DNA of 64,000 nucleotides from Deltaproteobacteria bacterium (GTDB lineage Bacteria; Myxococcota; Kuafuiibacteriia; Kuafuiibacteriales; Kuafuiibacteriaceae). A model generated the notes under the pieces. That model was not told the origin of the DNA, did not search any database, and saw only the letters and a program-made list of their open reading frames with translations. The stretch is from assembly GCA_040218735.1 (NCBI GenBank), contig JAVJQW010000007.1:96001-160000 (forward strand), read 5' to 3'. The translations under genes and the position numbers were made by a program. Positions 1 through 9,620 of this stretch are shown one piece after another; positions within the stretch are counted from its first letter, which is position 1, and each line of letters begins with the position of its first letter.

Positions 1-1
1 G

Positions 2-433
2 ATGCGCGAGCAGGTCCGCGTCACGGCGCGCCTCATCCGCGCGTCGCACGATCCGAACATCGCGTGGCGGCACACGGTCGGGTTCCTCAGCCACCTCACC
101 TGCCAGGAGGTCCGACTCTCCTGGCACCTCGCGAGCCCCGACGGTGAGCTGCGCGAGTCGGTGTTCAAGTGGCGCGAGCAGGGCGAGCGCCCGTGGCTCC
201 TGTCGACCGGCGGCGCGCCCGAGAACCGCACCATCCGTCTCCCGCTGGAAGAGGCCGGGCGTATCTTCGGTGAGCTGACGATCCTGCGTCGCGGACCGAA
301 CGAGACGACGCTCGAGCAAGAGATCACCTGCGAGCTGCTGCGCGTCGCGCTGATCGATTTCTGCGTCGCGAACGAGGAGCGCAACCAGGACACCGCGCGG
401 ATCGTCCAGCTCCCGACCGGCACCCGGAGCTGA
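2..433 (+). CDS. Probable C-terminal part of a gene starting before the window; possibly the soluble tail of a myxobacterial MraY/WecA-type sugar-phosphate transferase
   Basis: Open frame from the window edge with plausible codon usage, ending 3 nt before the next gene. The product guess is weak inference from the polysaccharide context. Confidence 0.4.
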   Translation: MREQVRVTARLIRASHDPNIAWRHTVGFLSHLTCQEVRLSWHLASPDGELRESVFKWREQGERPWLLSTGGAPENRTIRLPLEEAGRIFGELTILRRGPNETTLEQEITCELLRVALIDFCVANEERNQDTARIVQLPTGTRS

Positions 434-436
434 TTC

Positions 437-688
437 GTGGCGAAGCTGTCGCTGTACCACTACGTGGGCTGCGGATTTTGCGCGCGGGTCTGGCACGCGG
501 CGCAGTCGTTGGGCGTCGAGCTGGAGGGTCGCAACATTCACCGCGACGCCGACGCACGCCAGGCGCTGATCGCCGCACGCGGCCGCCAAACGGTCCCGGT
601 GCTCAAGATCGAGCACGACGACGGACGCGAAGAGTGGCTCCCGGAGTCCCGCGACATCATCGCGTACCTCCAGGCCCAGTACGGCTGA
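437..688 (+). CDS. Glutaredoxin-like protein
   Basis: LYHYVGCGFCARV (CxxC) and GRQTVPVL (cis-Pro motif); 83 aa thioredoxin fold. Confidence 0.85.
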   Translation: MAKLSLYHYVGCGFCARVWHAAQSLGVELEGRNIHRDADARQALIAARGRQTVPVLKIEHDDGREEWLPESRDIIAYLQAQYG

Positions 689-795
689 AAACCCGTCCTC
701 GAAAAAATATCGCTCAAGCTCTCGGGCGAACCCGACGAACGAGACGTTCAGGGGGAGGTCCACAGCCGTAGACCAGGTGGGCCTAGGGGAGAGTC

Positions 796-1239
796 ATGAT
801 CTACAGTCATTCCATGGAACGACCATTCGGCTCGCAGTCGTCGGTCACGCCCGGTGGACGGGTCCTCATCATCGACGATGAGCTCGCGCTCTTGCGTTCG
901 TACAAGCGGACGTTGCGGCGCCTCTTCGACGTGGTGCTCGTCTCGGATCCACGCGAGGCGATCGAGCTGATCGAGAAGGACCGCGCGTTCGACGTCATCG
1001 TATGCGACGTCCGAATGCCGCACATGAACGGCGCGGCGGTCTACGCCGCGGTCGCCAAGATCGCGCCCGAGCTGCTCGAGCGCATCATCTTTTGCAGCGG
1101 GGGCCCCGGGAGCAACAACGACACCGTGATCGAATGGCTCACGACGATCGACAACGTGCAGCTCCTCAAGCCGGTGTCCATCGAGGCGCTTCGCGCCACC
1201 ATCGCGAGCGTCCGCGACGCGCACACGCTCATCGGCTGA
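796..1239 (+). CDS. Single-domain response regulator (start may be 814)
   Basis: VLIIDDE, VIVCDVRMPHMNG (phospho-Asp) and LLKPVS receiver motifs. Confidence 0.85.
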   Translation: MIYSHSMERPFGSQSSVTPGGRVLIIDDELALLRSYKRTLRRLFDVVLVSDPREAIELIEKDRAFDVIVCDVRMPHMNGAAVYAAVAKIAPELLERIIFCSGGPGSNNDTVIEWLTTIDNVQLLKPVSIEALRATIASVRDAHTLIG

Positions 1240-3094
1240 GCCACAGCTCGATCTGCAGCATCAAGAAGATGCGCTGCGCGTGATCGCGTGTGCCCGTCCG
1301 GTGTTCATCGACGATGCGACGAACCGTCGTCGGATCCAGCCAGCGGTGTTTCGACCCCAACAACACGTCGTCGACGAGGCCCGCGAGGGGCCCCGACCAC
1401 CACTTCGCCATCGGGACTCCGAAGCCGTGTTTCTTGCGGTCGAGGATCTGAGCGGGGAGCACGTCGCGGTACGCCTCGCGCAGCAACCACTTGAGCTGGC
1501 CGTGGCGCATCTTCAGGGCGCCCGGGATGCGGAACGCGAGCTCGACCAGCGCCGTGTCGAGGAACGGCGATCGCGCTTCGAGTGACGCGGCCATCGTCAT
1601 GCGGTCCGTCTTCACGAGCAGATCGTCGAGCAGGTACGTGCGGAAGTTGTGGCGGAGGATCTGGTCCAACCGGTCGCGTCCGGCGTCGCGCTCGTGTTCG
1701 AACATCGCGAGCTGGTCGTCGTAGACCGACCACGGTGACAGGCCCGCGCGCAGGTCGGGGTGGAGGACGTCCGTGAGGAGGTCCCCCGCGAAGAACGAGT
1801 TCCACGCGAGCAGCTGTTCGTCGGGTGAGCGCCCGCCGTGTTGGAGGAAGCGGCGCAGCAGCGCGACGGGGTTCTTGTAGCCGCGCGGCTCGGGGAGCTT
1901 GGCGAGCGCGCCGTAGAGTCCTTTCGCGACGGGCGCGGGGACGACGCCGGAGAAGAGGCCGCCGAGAAAGCGTGTGTAGCCGGCGAAGACTTCGTCGCCG
2001 CCGTCGCCGGTGAGCGCGACGGTGACGTGTTCGCGCGTCGCTTTCGCGACGGCGTACGTCGCGAGCGCGGAGGAGTCGCCGTACGGTTCGTCGTGGTGAT
2101 CGAGGAGCTTCTCGAGGAGGCCCTCGGGCGATGACGAGACGACCAGCTCGGTGTGGTCGGCGCCGAACTGCTCGGCGATCTGCCGGGCGTAGCTCGTTTC
2201 GTCGTAGGTGGCGTCGTCGAAGCCGACCGCGAACGTGCGCACGGGCTTCGACGAGCGAGCCGCCATCTCCGCGACGATGATGCTGGAGTCGACGCCGCCG
2301 CTGAGGAACGCGCCGAGCGGGACGTCGGAGATCAGGCGTCGTTCGACCGCTTCGCCGACGGCGAGGCGCACGCGGGTCTTGGCGTCCTCGAGCGACATCG
2401 GCGTCGCTTCCGCGGCGGCCTGGTCGAGTGACCAGTAGCGGTGGATCGACACGTCGCCGCGGGTGAACGTCAGCCGCGACGCGGGTTCGAGTTTGTGGAT
2501 GCCGGCGAACATCGACGTCGGCGTCGGCGCGTAGCCGTAGGCGAGGAGGGCGGGGAGGGCGTCGGCGTTGGGGCGGATCGTCACCCCCGGGTGCTCCGCG
2601 AGCGCTTTGACCTCGGAGCCGAAGACCAACGCGCCGTCCGAAGTCCGCGTCCAGTACAGCGGCTTCTTGCCCGCGCGGTCGCGCATGAGGAGCAGGCGGT
2701 CGTCGCGCGCGTCGTAGATCGCAAACGCGAACATGCCGTCGAGCGCGTCGAGGCCGGCGGCGCCGTGTTCCAGATATTGCGCGAGGATCACCTCGGTGTC
2801 GCAGTCCGAGCGGAACCGAAACCCGCGCTGTTGGAGGCGTTGGCGCAGATCGAGAAAGTTGTAGATCTCCCCGTTGAACGAGAGGACGACGCGGCCGTCG
2901 TCCGAAACGAACGGCTGTCGGCCGCGCTCCGAGAGGTCGATGATCGCGAGGCGCGTGTGCGCGAAGACGCCGCGTTCGTCGGGGAGCACCTCCACACCGG
3001 CGCCGTCCGGGCCGCGGTGGTGGAGGCGCTCCGTCATGTGAACGCCGATCGCCCGGTCCGCTGGTCCGCCCACCCATCCCGCGATGCCACACAT
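1229..3094 (-). CDS. asnB: Asparagine synthase (glutamine-hydrolysing) family amidotransferase
   Basis: N-terminal MCGIAG, HRGPD, FNGEIYN, LSGGVDSS, GDGGDEVFAGY, RSPFLD. Confidence 0.92.
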   Translation of the reverse strand: MCGIAGWVGGPADRAIGVHMTERLHHRGPDGAGVEVLPDERGVFAHTRLAIIDLSERGRQPFVSDDGRVVLSFNGEIYNFLDLRQRLQQRGFRFRSDCDTEVILAQYLEHGAAGLDALDGMFAFAIYDARDDRLLLMRDRAGKKPLYWTRTSDGALVFGSEVKALAEHPGVTIRPNADALPALLAYGYAPTPTSMFAGIHKLEPASRLTFTRGDVSIHRYWSLDQAAAEATPMSLEDAKTRVRLAVGEAVERRLISDVPLGAFLSGGVDSSIIVAEMAARSSKPVRTFAVGFDDATYDETSYARQIAEQFGADHTELVVSSSPEGLLEKLLDHHDEPYGDSSALATYAVAKATREHVTVALTGDGGDEVFAGYTRFLGGLFSGVVPAPVAKGLYGALAKLPEPRGYKNPVALLRRFLQHGGRSPDEQLLAWNSFFAGDLLTDVLHPDLRAGLSPWSVYDDQLAMFEHERDAGRDRLDQILRHNFRTYLLDDLLVKTDRMTMAASLEARSPFLDTALVELAFRIPGALKMRHGQLKWLLREAYRDVLPAQILDRKKHGFGVPMAKWWSGPLAGLVDDVLLGSKHRWLDPTTVRRIVDEHRTGTRDHAQRIFLMLQIELWLSR

Positions 3095-3191
3095 CGTTGG
3101 CCGGAAGCAGACGCCGCGACGGGGTGGGGGTCAACAGCGTCGGGGATTTTGGGTACGGTCCGAGGCCGTGCCCCGCCGGTCCGAGCACCCC

Positions 3192-5621
3192 ATGGCGCGC
3201 GTGTCCGAGCGGCTGCTGGCTGCGACGATCATCGCCGCTCCCCTCGCCGCCGGTGGTTTTCGCCTTCAGGTCCTGCCGGTCCTCGCCGCGCTCGCGCTCG
3301 CCGCGTTTGCGACGATGGTCTACGCGCTTCGCAAGAGCGGACGCCCGCTCCACGCGACGGTGTTCGTCGTGTCCCTCGTCGTGCTCGCCGGCTTCACCGC
3401 GCTGCAGGCGATACCGCTCCCGGCCGGACTGTTGGAGACACTCTCGCCGCACGCGGCCGAGGTTCGTGCGTTCGTGGCGCCGGGCGGCTCGCTCTCCTAC
3501 GAGCCGGGCGCGACCTGGCGGGAGGCCGCGAAGCTGATCCTCTACGCGATCGTCGCGATGGTCGCGTTCGAGCGGGCGCGTGTGAACAAGTCGGTCGCGG
3601 TGGTGGCGTACCCGCTGATGATCGCCGCGGTCACGACGGCCTTCATCGCGATCGTTCACCGCGCGCTCGGCATCGAACGGATCTTCGGTCTGATCGAAGC
3701 GCGCGGCGGTTCTACTCAAAAGATGCTCACCACGTTTGTGAACCCCAACCACGCGGCGGGGTTCATGGCGCTATGCGCGCTGACCGCGGTGGGTCTCGCG
3801 CTCGACAGCGATGAGCGTCCGCGTCGCGTCGGGTTCCTCGCGCTCGCCGGCGTCTTCGGTGGGGTGAGTGTGCTCGTGTTGTCGCGGGGCGGTCTGGTCG
3901 CGTTGGCGTTCGGGCTGCTGTTGTTCGGCGCGATCGCGTTCGTGCGTTCCCGTCGGGAGCGGGGGAAGGGGCGCCTCAGCGCGTCACTCCTCGTCACGGC
4001 GTTGGTGATCCCGACGCTCGGCGTCGTGTGGCGGATGCGTGATGTCCTCGCGGACTTCGGGTTCGGGCGGGACCGCGCGACGCTCGGGTTCGACGAAAAG
4101 CTCGCGGCGGTCCGCGATGCGGTGCCGATGGTCGAGGATCACCTCTGGCTCGGCATCGGCCGCGGCGCGTACGCGTCGGTGTACACCGGATACAAGACGT
4201 CGCCGCTGCAGCTCACGTTTGCTTTCCCCGAGAACCTCGTGGCGCAGCTGCTCGGGGAGTGGGGCGTCGTGGTCGGCGTGGCGGCGCTGGTCGGGCTCGC
4301 GGTGTTGGTCGTCGTGCGCCTCCGCCTCGCACCGACGTGGACCGCCCTCGGCGCGACGTGCGGTGTCGCGGCCATCGTCGTGCAGAACGCCGTGGACTTC
4401 TCACTCGAGATGCCCGGCGTCGCGATCCCCGTCGTGGCGATCCTCGCGGCGACCGGCGCGCGCGCGGTGAAGACGAAGCGCATCGACCTCCGTCGCCGGT
4501 GGGGGGCGTTCGCGGCGATCGCCACCGTGGTCCTCGCTGCGCCGATCGCGTTGGCCGTCGTGAACGGCGACCTGTTCGACGACCTCGACAACATCTCACG
4601 CCACGACGCCGAGACGCTCCTCGCGCGTCACCCCGCGAGCGCGCTCGTCACCGCGCGCCTCGCCTACCGCGCGGAGACCGCGGAGCCGCCGCGACTCCAG
4701 GAGGCCATTCGCCTCGCGAGCCGCACCATGTATCTCGCGCCGATGTACGCCGACGGCCACGTGCTCACTGGCCGGTTGTTGATCCGCGCGAATCATCGCC
4801 GCCAGGGCTTCGGCGAGCTGCGCCGCGCTTGGGCGCTGTCCCCGTCCGCGCGCGGGCCGTTGATCGACTACGTCATCGCGCTCGCGAAGAGCGGCGGCGA
4901 AGTCGTGCGCGCGATCCCGAGGCGTGACCCGGCGCTCGACGTGCTCGACGAGCTCGAGGCGGCGCGCGCCATCACGCGACTGGTCCAGGCGAAGCGAGAC
5001 GACTGGGCCGCGCAGGTCATCGAGGCGCTCGGCCCCGTCGCGCAGCTCGAGCCGGAGTCCCTGACGGTGGTCGCGCTCGCGGCGACGAAGACCAGCTCGA
5101 CCTCCTATGCGCTCGGCGCGCTCGAGCGACGGCTCGACCTGTCGCCCGACGACGAACCCGCCCGCATCGCGATGACGCGACTGCTCCTCGAGGCGCGGCG
5201 CATCCGAGAGGCGCGGCAGATCCTCGATGGGATCGACGTCCGCGCCGACAACGCGAAGGCGGTGTTGCCACTGGCCGTGCAGCTCGCCGTCGCGGACGAG
5301 GCGTTCGACGACGCACGCGCCGCGGTCGACGACCTCGAACGGCTCGCGCCGCCCACGCGCGCCGACGCGAGTCGGTTGGCGTTGCTCCGCGCGCAGGTCG
5401 AGCAGGCGGCCGGCTCGCCGGCGCGGGCGCTGTCCGCGCTGGACGCTGCGTTGGCGCGGGACACGAGCCACATCGGCCTGAGGCTCCGGCGCGCTCAGCT
5501 CCTGCGGCAGCTGGGGCGGCTCGACGCGGCCCGGGTGGACGCGCAATTCGTGCTTCGTCGAGCTCCGGAGCATGCGGGCGCGCAGCGGCTCCTGGAGGCG
5601 CTGGGTGGGGCCAAACCCTAA
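3192..5621 (+). CDS. O-antigen ligase (Wzy_C) family membrane protein with C-terminal TPR-like helical region
   Basis: Many TM helices, TFVNPNHAAG, LSRGG, WLGIGRGAY, then an Ala/Arg-rich helical tail. Start moved from 3084 to ATG 3192 because 3084 overlaps the divergent asnB start. Confidence 0.75.
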   Translation: MARVSERLLAATIIAAPLAAGGFRLQVLPVLAALALAAFATMVYALRKSGRPLHATVFVVSLVVLAGFTALQAIPLPAGLLETLSPHAAEVRAFVAPGGSLSYEPGATWREAAKLILYAIVAMVAFERARVNKSVAVVAYPLMIAAVTTAFIAIVHRALGIERIFGLIEARGGSTQKMLTTFVNPNHAAGFMALCALTAVGLALDSDERPRRVGFLALAGVFGGVSVLVLSRGGLVALAFGLLLFGAIAFVRSRRERGKGRLSASLLVTALVIPTLGVVWRMRDVLADFGFGRDRATLGFDEKLAAVRDAVPMVEDHLWLGIGRGAYASVYTGYKTSPLQLTFAFPENLVAQLLGEWGVVVGVAALVGLAVLVVVRLRLAPTWTALGATCGVAAIVVQNAVDFSLEMPGVAIPVVAILAATGARAVKTKRIDLRRRWGAFAAIATVVLAAPIALAVVNGDLFDDLDNISRHDAETLLARHPASALVTARLAYRAETAEPPRLQEAIRLASRTMYLAPMYADGHVLTGRLLIRANHRRQGFGELRRAWALSPSARGPLIDYVIALAKSGGEVVRAIPRRDPALDVLDELEAARAITRLVQAKRDDWAAQVIEALGPVAQLEPESLTVVALAATKTSSTSYALGALERRLDLSPDDEPARIAMTRLLLEARRIREARQILDGIDVRADNAKAVLPLAVQLAVADEAFDDARAAVDDLERLAPPTRADASRLALLRAQVEQAAGSPARALSALDAALARDTSHIGLRLRRAQLLRQLGRLDAARVDAQFVLRRAPEHAGAQRLLEALGGAKP

Positions 5622-5789
5622 ATTTTACTTCTGAGGCGCGACTGTCCCTCAATGAAACGCTCGGATCGGCCGACGGGGTAGATCGTGGGACGGGCGGCGT
5701 GGACGAAACCCCTTGCTCATTGCAGCCCGGGCGCCCATGAATCCGCCTGTTTTTTGAACTCGGGCGGGGTGAAGGGGCACAGAAGGGCA

Positions 5790-6386
5790 GTGCGTCGATT
5801 CGAGACCATCGCGGCCTTCGGGCTGTTGATTTCGCTGGGTTGCGCGACCGCGCCGCCGCCGCCGGAGACGATACCGACGCCGGTCTCCACGGAGGCCAAC
5901 CAGCTCGGGCCGGGGGACGTCCTGGAGATCAAGGTCTTCCGGGAGCCGGACCTCGCGGGCACCTACCGGCTCGGGAGCGACGGCGAGATCGAGTTCCCGC
6001 TGATCGGGGCGGTGAAGGTCTCGGGCCGGATGCCGGAGGAGGTCGCGGGTGAGCTGAGGACGCGCCTCGCGGACGGCTACCTCGTGGACCCGCAGGTCAC
6101 GGTCTTCGTGAAGGAGCAGAACTCCCAGAAGATCCACGTCCTCGGCGAGGTGAAGAAGCCGGGCACGTTCGCGTACGAGAACGGCATGTCGATCATCCAG
6201 GCGATCACGTACGCCGGGGGCTTCACGAAGCTCGCCGCCGAGAACAGCGTCGTGGTGACGCGCGCCCGCGGGCCGAACGACCAACAGACCTTCAAAGTGG
6301 CGGTGGCCGACATCCAGAAGGGCCGCGCCAACAACTTCGAGCTTCGTCCGGGGGACATCATCAACGTCCCGGAAGCGATCTTCTGA
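5790..6386 (+). CDS. wza: Polysaccharide export OPX/Wza lipoprotein (short form)
   Basis: Lipobox LISLGC; LGPGDVLEIKV...DGEIEFPLIG (Poly_export); SLBB domain GEVKKPG...AGGFT; ends LRPGDIINVPEAIF. GTG start at 5790. Confidence 0.9.
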   Translation: MRRFETIAAFGLLISLGCATAPPPPETIPTPVSTEANQLGPGDVLEIKVFREPDLAGTYRLGSDGEIEFPLIGAVKVSGRMPEEVAGELRTRLADGYLVDPQVTVFVKEQNSQKIHVLGEVKKPGTFAYENGMSIIQAITYAGGFTKLAAENSVVVTRARGPNDQQTFKVAVADIQKGRANNFELRPGDIINVPEAIF

Positions 6387-6396
6387 GGAGCAGCCA

Positions 6397-8586
6397 GTGA
6401 ACAGCGAAACGCGTACGGCCGAACGGGCCGACTTGGGTTCGAGCATCGACCCGAAGGAGATCTGGCACGCCCTCGTCCGGAAGAAGTGGCTCATCCTCGC
6501 GTCGTCGCTGATCGTCGCGGGGGCCGCCGCGGCGGGGACGATGCGCCAGCCGAAGGTCTACTCGGCGATCGCGCAGATCGAGATCGAGCCGGCCATCCCG
6601 AAGGTGCTCGGCAATGACGTCGCGCTCGAGGAGCTCTCGGCGCGCTCGCGCTCCGAGCGCATCTTCAACAACACGCAGTACGACACGATCACCAACCGCA
6701 CGATGCTCCGCGACGTCGCGCAGCGGCTGAAGCTCTCCGAGGACGCAGACTTCAAGGCGACGTACGGCCTGACGCAGACCGGCGAGGCGCTCGACAAGGG
6801 CATCGAGCGCGTGCTGCGGAAGATGATCTCCGTGCAGCCGAAGACGGCGAGCCGCATCGTGAACCTGGTCGTCGAGGACCAGGACCCCTACCGCGCGACG
6901 AAGATCGCGAACACGCTGGGCGACGCGTACATCGATCACACCCTCGAGGAGCGCCTGGAGACGACGCGCGGCGCGTCGAAGTTCTTGGAGGAGCGCGTCG
7001 AGGAGTACGCCAAGAAGATCGAGAAGGCGGAGGCCGCGCTGCACGACTTCAAGGAGCAGCACCTCCTCGTCGACGTGTCCTTCGAGGACCGCCAGACGAA
7101 GACCGCGGAGAGCCTCGGCGTGCTCAACACGACGATCGTCCAGACGCGCACGAAGCTGATCGAGCTGCAGTCGAAGCGCTCGATTCTGCAGAAGGCGCTC
7201 GACGGGAAGCTCCCGATCGAGACGGTGCCGCGCGTGGCGGCGAGCGAGGTGATCGGTGAGCTGCGGTCGTCGTTGCTCGCGCTCGAAAAGCAGCGCGCGG
7301 AGCAGTCGACGCGCTACGGCGACAAACACCCGACGATGGTCGCGATCGACAAACAGGTCGAAGAGGCGAAGTCCGCGATCGACGCCGAGATCCAGGTCGT
7401 CATCGGGACCTTCGACAACGAGATCAACGCGCTCTCCGAGACGATGGCGCGGCTCGAGGCCGAGGCGTCCGCAGAGAAGGTCAAGGTCATCGATCTGCGC
7501 AAGGTCGAGCTTCGGTACGCCCAGCTGACGCGTGACTTCGGCACGCTGAAGACCACGTACCAGAACCTCCTCCAGCGGCGTGAAGAGGCCGGGATGTCCG
7601 GTCAGCTCAACTCGAGCTTCGTGGACTGGTTCCAGACCGCCGAGCCGCGGCTCGCGCCGATTCGCCCCTCCGTGCCGCAGAACGCGCTGATCGGGCTCGT
7701 CGCTGGCTTGATGATCGGCGTGTTGATCGCGATGGGCGGCGTGTTGCTCGACAACACGGTCCACGGCCAGGCCGACATCGAGCGTCTGGTGAACCTGCCG
7801 TTCCTCGGCGTCCTCCCGAAGATTCGCGAAGACGAGGAGGAGGCACGCGCGGCGGCGGCGTCCAACCCGAGGGGCGGCGCGCGGGATCTCTACATCCTCA
7901 GCCACCCGAAGAGCGGGCTCGCGGAGTGTGCGCGTTCCATTCGAACGAATCTGTTGTTCATGGGCACGGAGAAGCCGTTGTCGCGGTTGCTCCTGACGAG
8001 CGCCGGCCCGGCGGAGGGGAAGACGACGACGTCGATCAACCTCGGCGTCACGATGGCCCAGGCCGGCAACAAGGTGCTCCTGATCGACACCGACCTGCGC
8101 AAGCCGCGTCTGCACCGTGCGTTCGGCGTGTCGGGTGAGACCGGCGTGTCGAGTGTGCTCGTGGACGCCGCGACGCTCGACGAGGCGATCAAGTCGACGG
8201 ACGTCGTCGGCCTCGACGTGCTCCCGTGCGGGCCGCTGCCGCCCAACCCGGCGGAGCTGTTCCACACCGACAAGTTCAAGGCGCTGCTCGAGCAGATCGA
8301 CGAGCGTTACGACCGCGTGCTGCTGGACTCCCCGCCGATCGGCGCGGTGACCGACGCGGCGATCTTGTCGATGCTCGTCCACGGCACGCTCGTCGTGGTG
8401 CAGGCGAACAAGACCACCAAGGACGCCGTGAAGCGCGCCGTGCGTGCGCTGCGTGACGTCGACACGAACATCGTGGGTGTCGTGCTGAACGACTTCGACG
8501 TGGAGTCGGGTTCGTACGGCTACCAGCAGTACTACTACTACCGAGGCTACGGTTACGGAGACTCGGAAGAGGAGGCCAAGGCCTAA
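6397..8586 (+). CDS. wzc: Wzc polysaccharide co-polymerase / BY-kinase
   Basis: Two TM segments flanking a coiled coil; Walker A GPAEGKT, DTDLRKP, VLLDSPP; C-terminal Tyr cluster YGYQQYYYYRGYGYG. Confidence 0.93.
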   Translation: MNSETRTAERADLGSSIDPKEIWHALVRKKWLILASSLIVAGAAAAGTMRQPKVYSAIAQIEIEPAIPKVLGNDVALEELSARSRSERIFNNTQYDTITNRTMLRDVAQRLKLSEDADFKATYGLTQTGEALDKGIERVLRKMISVQPKTASRIVNLVVEDQDPYRATKIANTLGDAYIDHTLEERLETTRGASKFLEERVEEYAKKIEKAEAALHDFKEQHLLVDVSFEDRQTKTAESLGVLNTTIVQTRTKLIELQSKRSILQKALDGKLPIETVPRVAASEVIGELRSSLLALEKQRAEQSTRYGDKHPTMVAIDKQVEEAKSAIDAEIQVVIGTFDNEINALSETMARLEAEASAEKVKVIDLRKVELRYAQLTRDFGTLKTTYQNLLQRREEAGMSGQLNSSFVDWFQTAEPRLAPIRPSVPQNALIGLVAGLMIGVLIAMGGVLLDNTVHGQADIERLVNLPFLGVLPKIREDEEEARAAAASNPRGGARDLYILSHPKSGLAECARSIRTNLLFMGTEKPLSRLLLTSAGPAEGKTTTSINLGVTMAQAGNKVLLIDTDLRKPRLHRAFGVSGETGVSSVLVDAATLDEAIKSTDVVGLDVLPCGPLPPNPAELFHTDKFKALLEQIDERYDRVLLDSPPIGAVTDAAILSMLVHGTLVVVQANKTTKDAVKRAVRALRDVDTNIVGVVLNDFDVESGSYGYQQYYYYRGYGYGDSEEEAKA

Positions 8587-9602
8587 TGAAAGTCCTGGTG
8601 ACCGGCGGAGCCGGTTTCATCGGCGCGAACTACGTGCTCCGTCGTCTGCGGACCACGGACGACCAAGTGACGGTCGTCGACGCGCTCACCTACGCGGGCA
8701 ACCTGGAGAGCCTGCAGTCGGTCGAGAAGAACCCGGCGCTGAAGTTCCATCGCGCGGACATCACCGACGCGGACGCGATCGACGCGATCTTCGAGGAGGC
8801 GAAGCCGGACGCCGTCGTCCACTTCGCGGCGGAGTCACACGTCGACCGCAGCATCCTCGGCCCGCGTGTCTTCACTTCGACGAACGTGCTCGGGACGCAG
8901 GTGCTGCTCGACGCTTCGAAGAAGCAGGGCGTGCAGCGCTTCGTGATGGTGTCGACGGACGAGGTCTACGGTTCGCTCGGCAAGACCGGGTTGTTCACGG
9001 AGACGTCCCCGCTCAAGCCGTCGTCGCCGTACAGCGCGTCGAAGGCGGCGGCGGATCTGGTCGCGCTCTCGTACCACCACACGTTCGGGATGGACGTCGT
9101 GGTCACGCGGTGCAGCAACAACTACGGGCCGCTGCAGTTCCCGGAGAAGTTGATCCCGCTGATGATCATCAACGCGCTCGAGGACAAGCCGCTGCCGGTG
9201 TACGGCGACGGCATGCAGGTCCGCGACTGGATTCACGTCGAGGATCACTGCGCGGCGATCGACGCGGTCTTCGCGAAAGGCACAGCCGGCGAGGTCTACA
9301 ACATCGGTTCGCAGAACGAGCGGCCGAACATCGAGATCGTGAAGCGGATCCTCGCGCACCTCGGGAAGGCCGAGTCGTTGATTCGCCACGTCGAGGATCG
9401 CCTCGGCCACGACCGTCGCTACGCGATCGACCCGACGAAGACCGAGGGTGCGTTGGGCTGGGTCCCGGAGAAGAAGTTCGAGGACGCGCTACCCGCGACG
9501 ATCGACTGGTATCTCGCCAACCGCGACTGGTGGGAGCGCGTCCGTAGCGGCGCCTACCGCGAGTACTTCGAAGCGAACTACGCGAAGCGCCTCGCCGACT
9601 GA
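8586..9602 (+). CDS. rfbB: dTDP-glucose 4,6-dehydratase
   Basis: GGAGFIG, TYAGN, AAESHVDRSI, STDEVYG, YSASK, GHDRRYAID. Confidence 0.95.
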   Translation: MKVLVTGGAGFIGANYVLRRLRTTDDQVTVVDALTYAGNLESLQSVEKNPALKFHRADITDADAIDAIFEEAKPDAVVHFAAESHVDRSILGPRVFTSTNVLGTQVLLDASKKQGVQRFVMVSTDEVYGSLGKTGLFTETSPLKPSSPYSASKAAADLVALSYHHTFGMDVVVTRCSNNYGPLQFPEKLIPLMIINALEDKPLPVYGDGMQVRDWIHVEDHCAAIDAVFAKGTAGEVYNIGSQNERPNIEIVKRILAHLGKAESLIRHVEDRLGHDRRYAIDPTKTEGALGWVPEKKFEDALPATIDWYLANRDWWERVRSGAYREYFEANYAKRLAD

Positions 9603-9620
9603 GCTCCGAGGACCTGCCTG

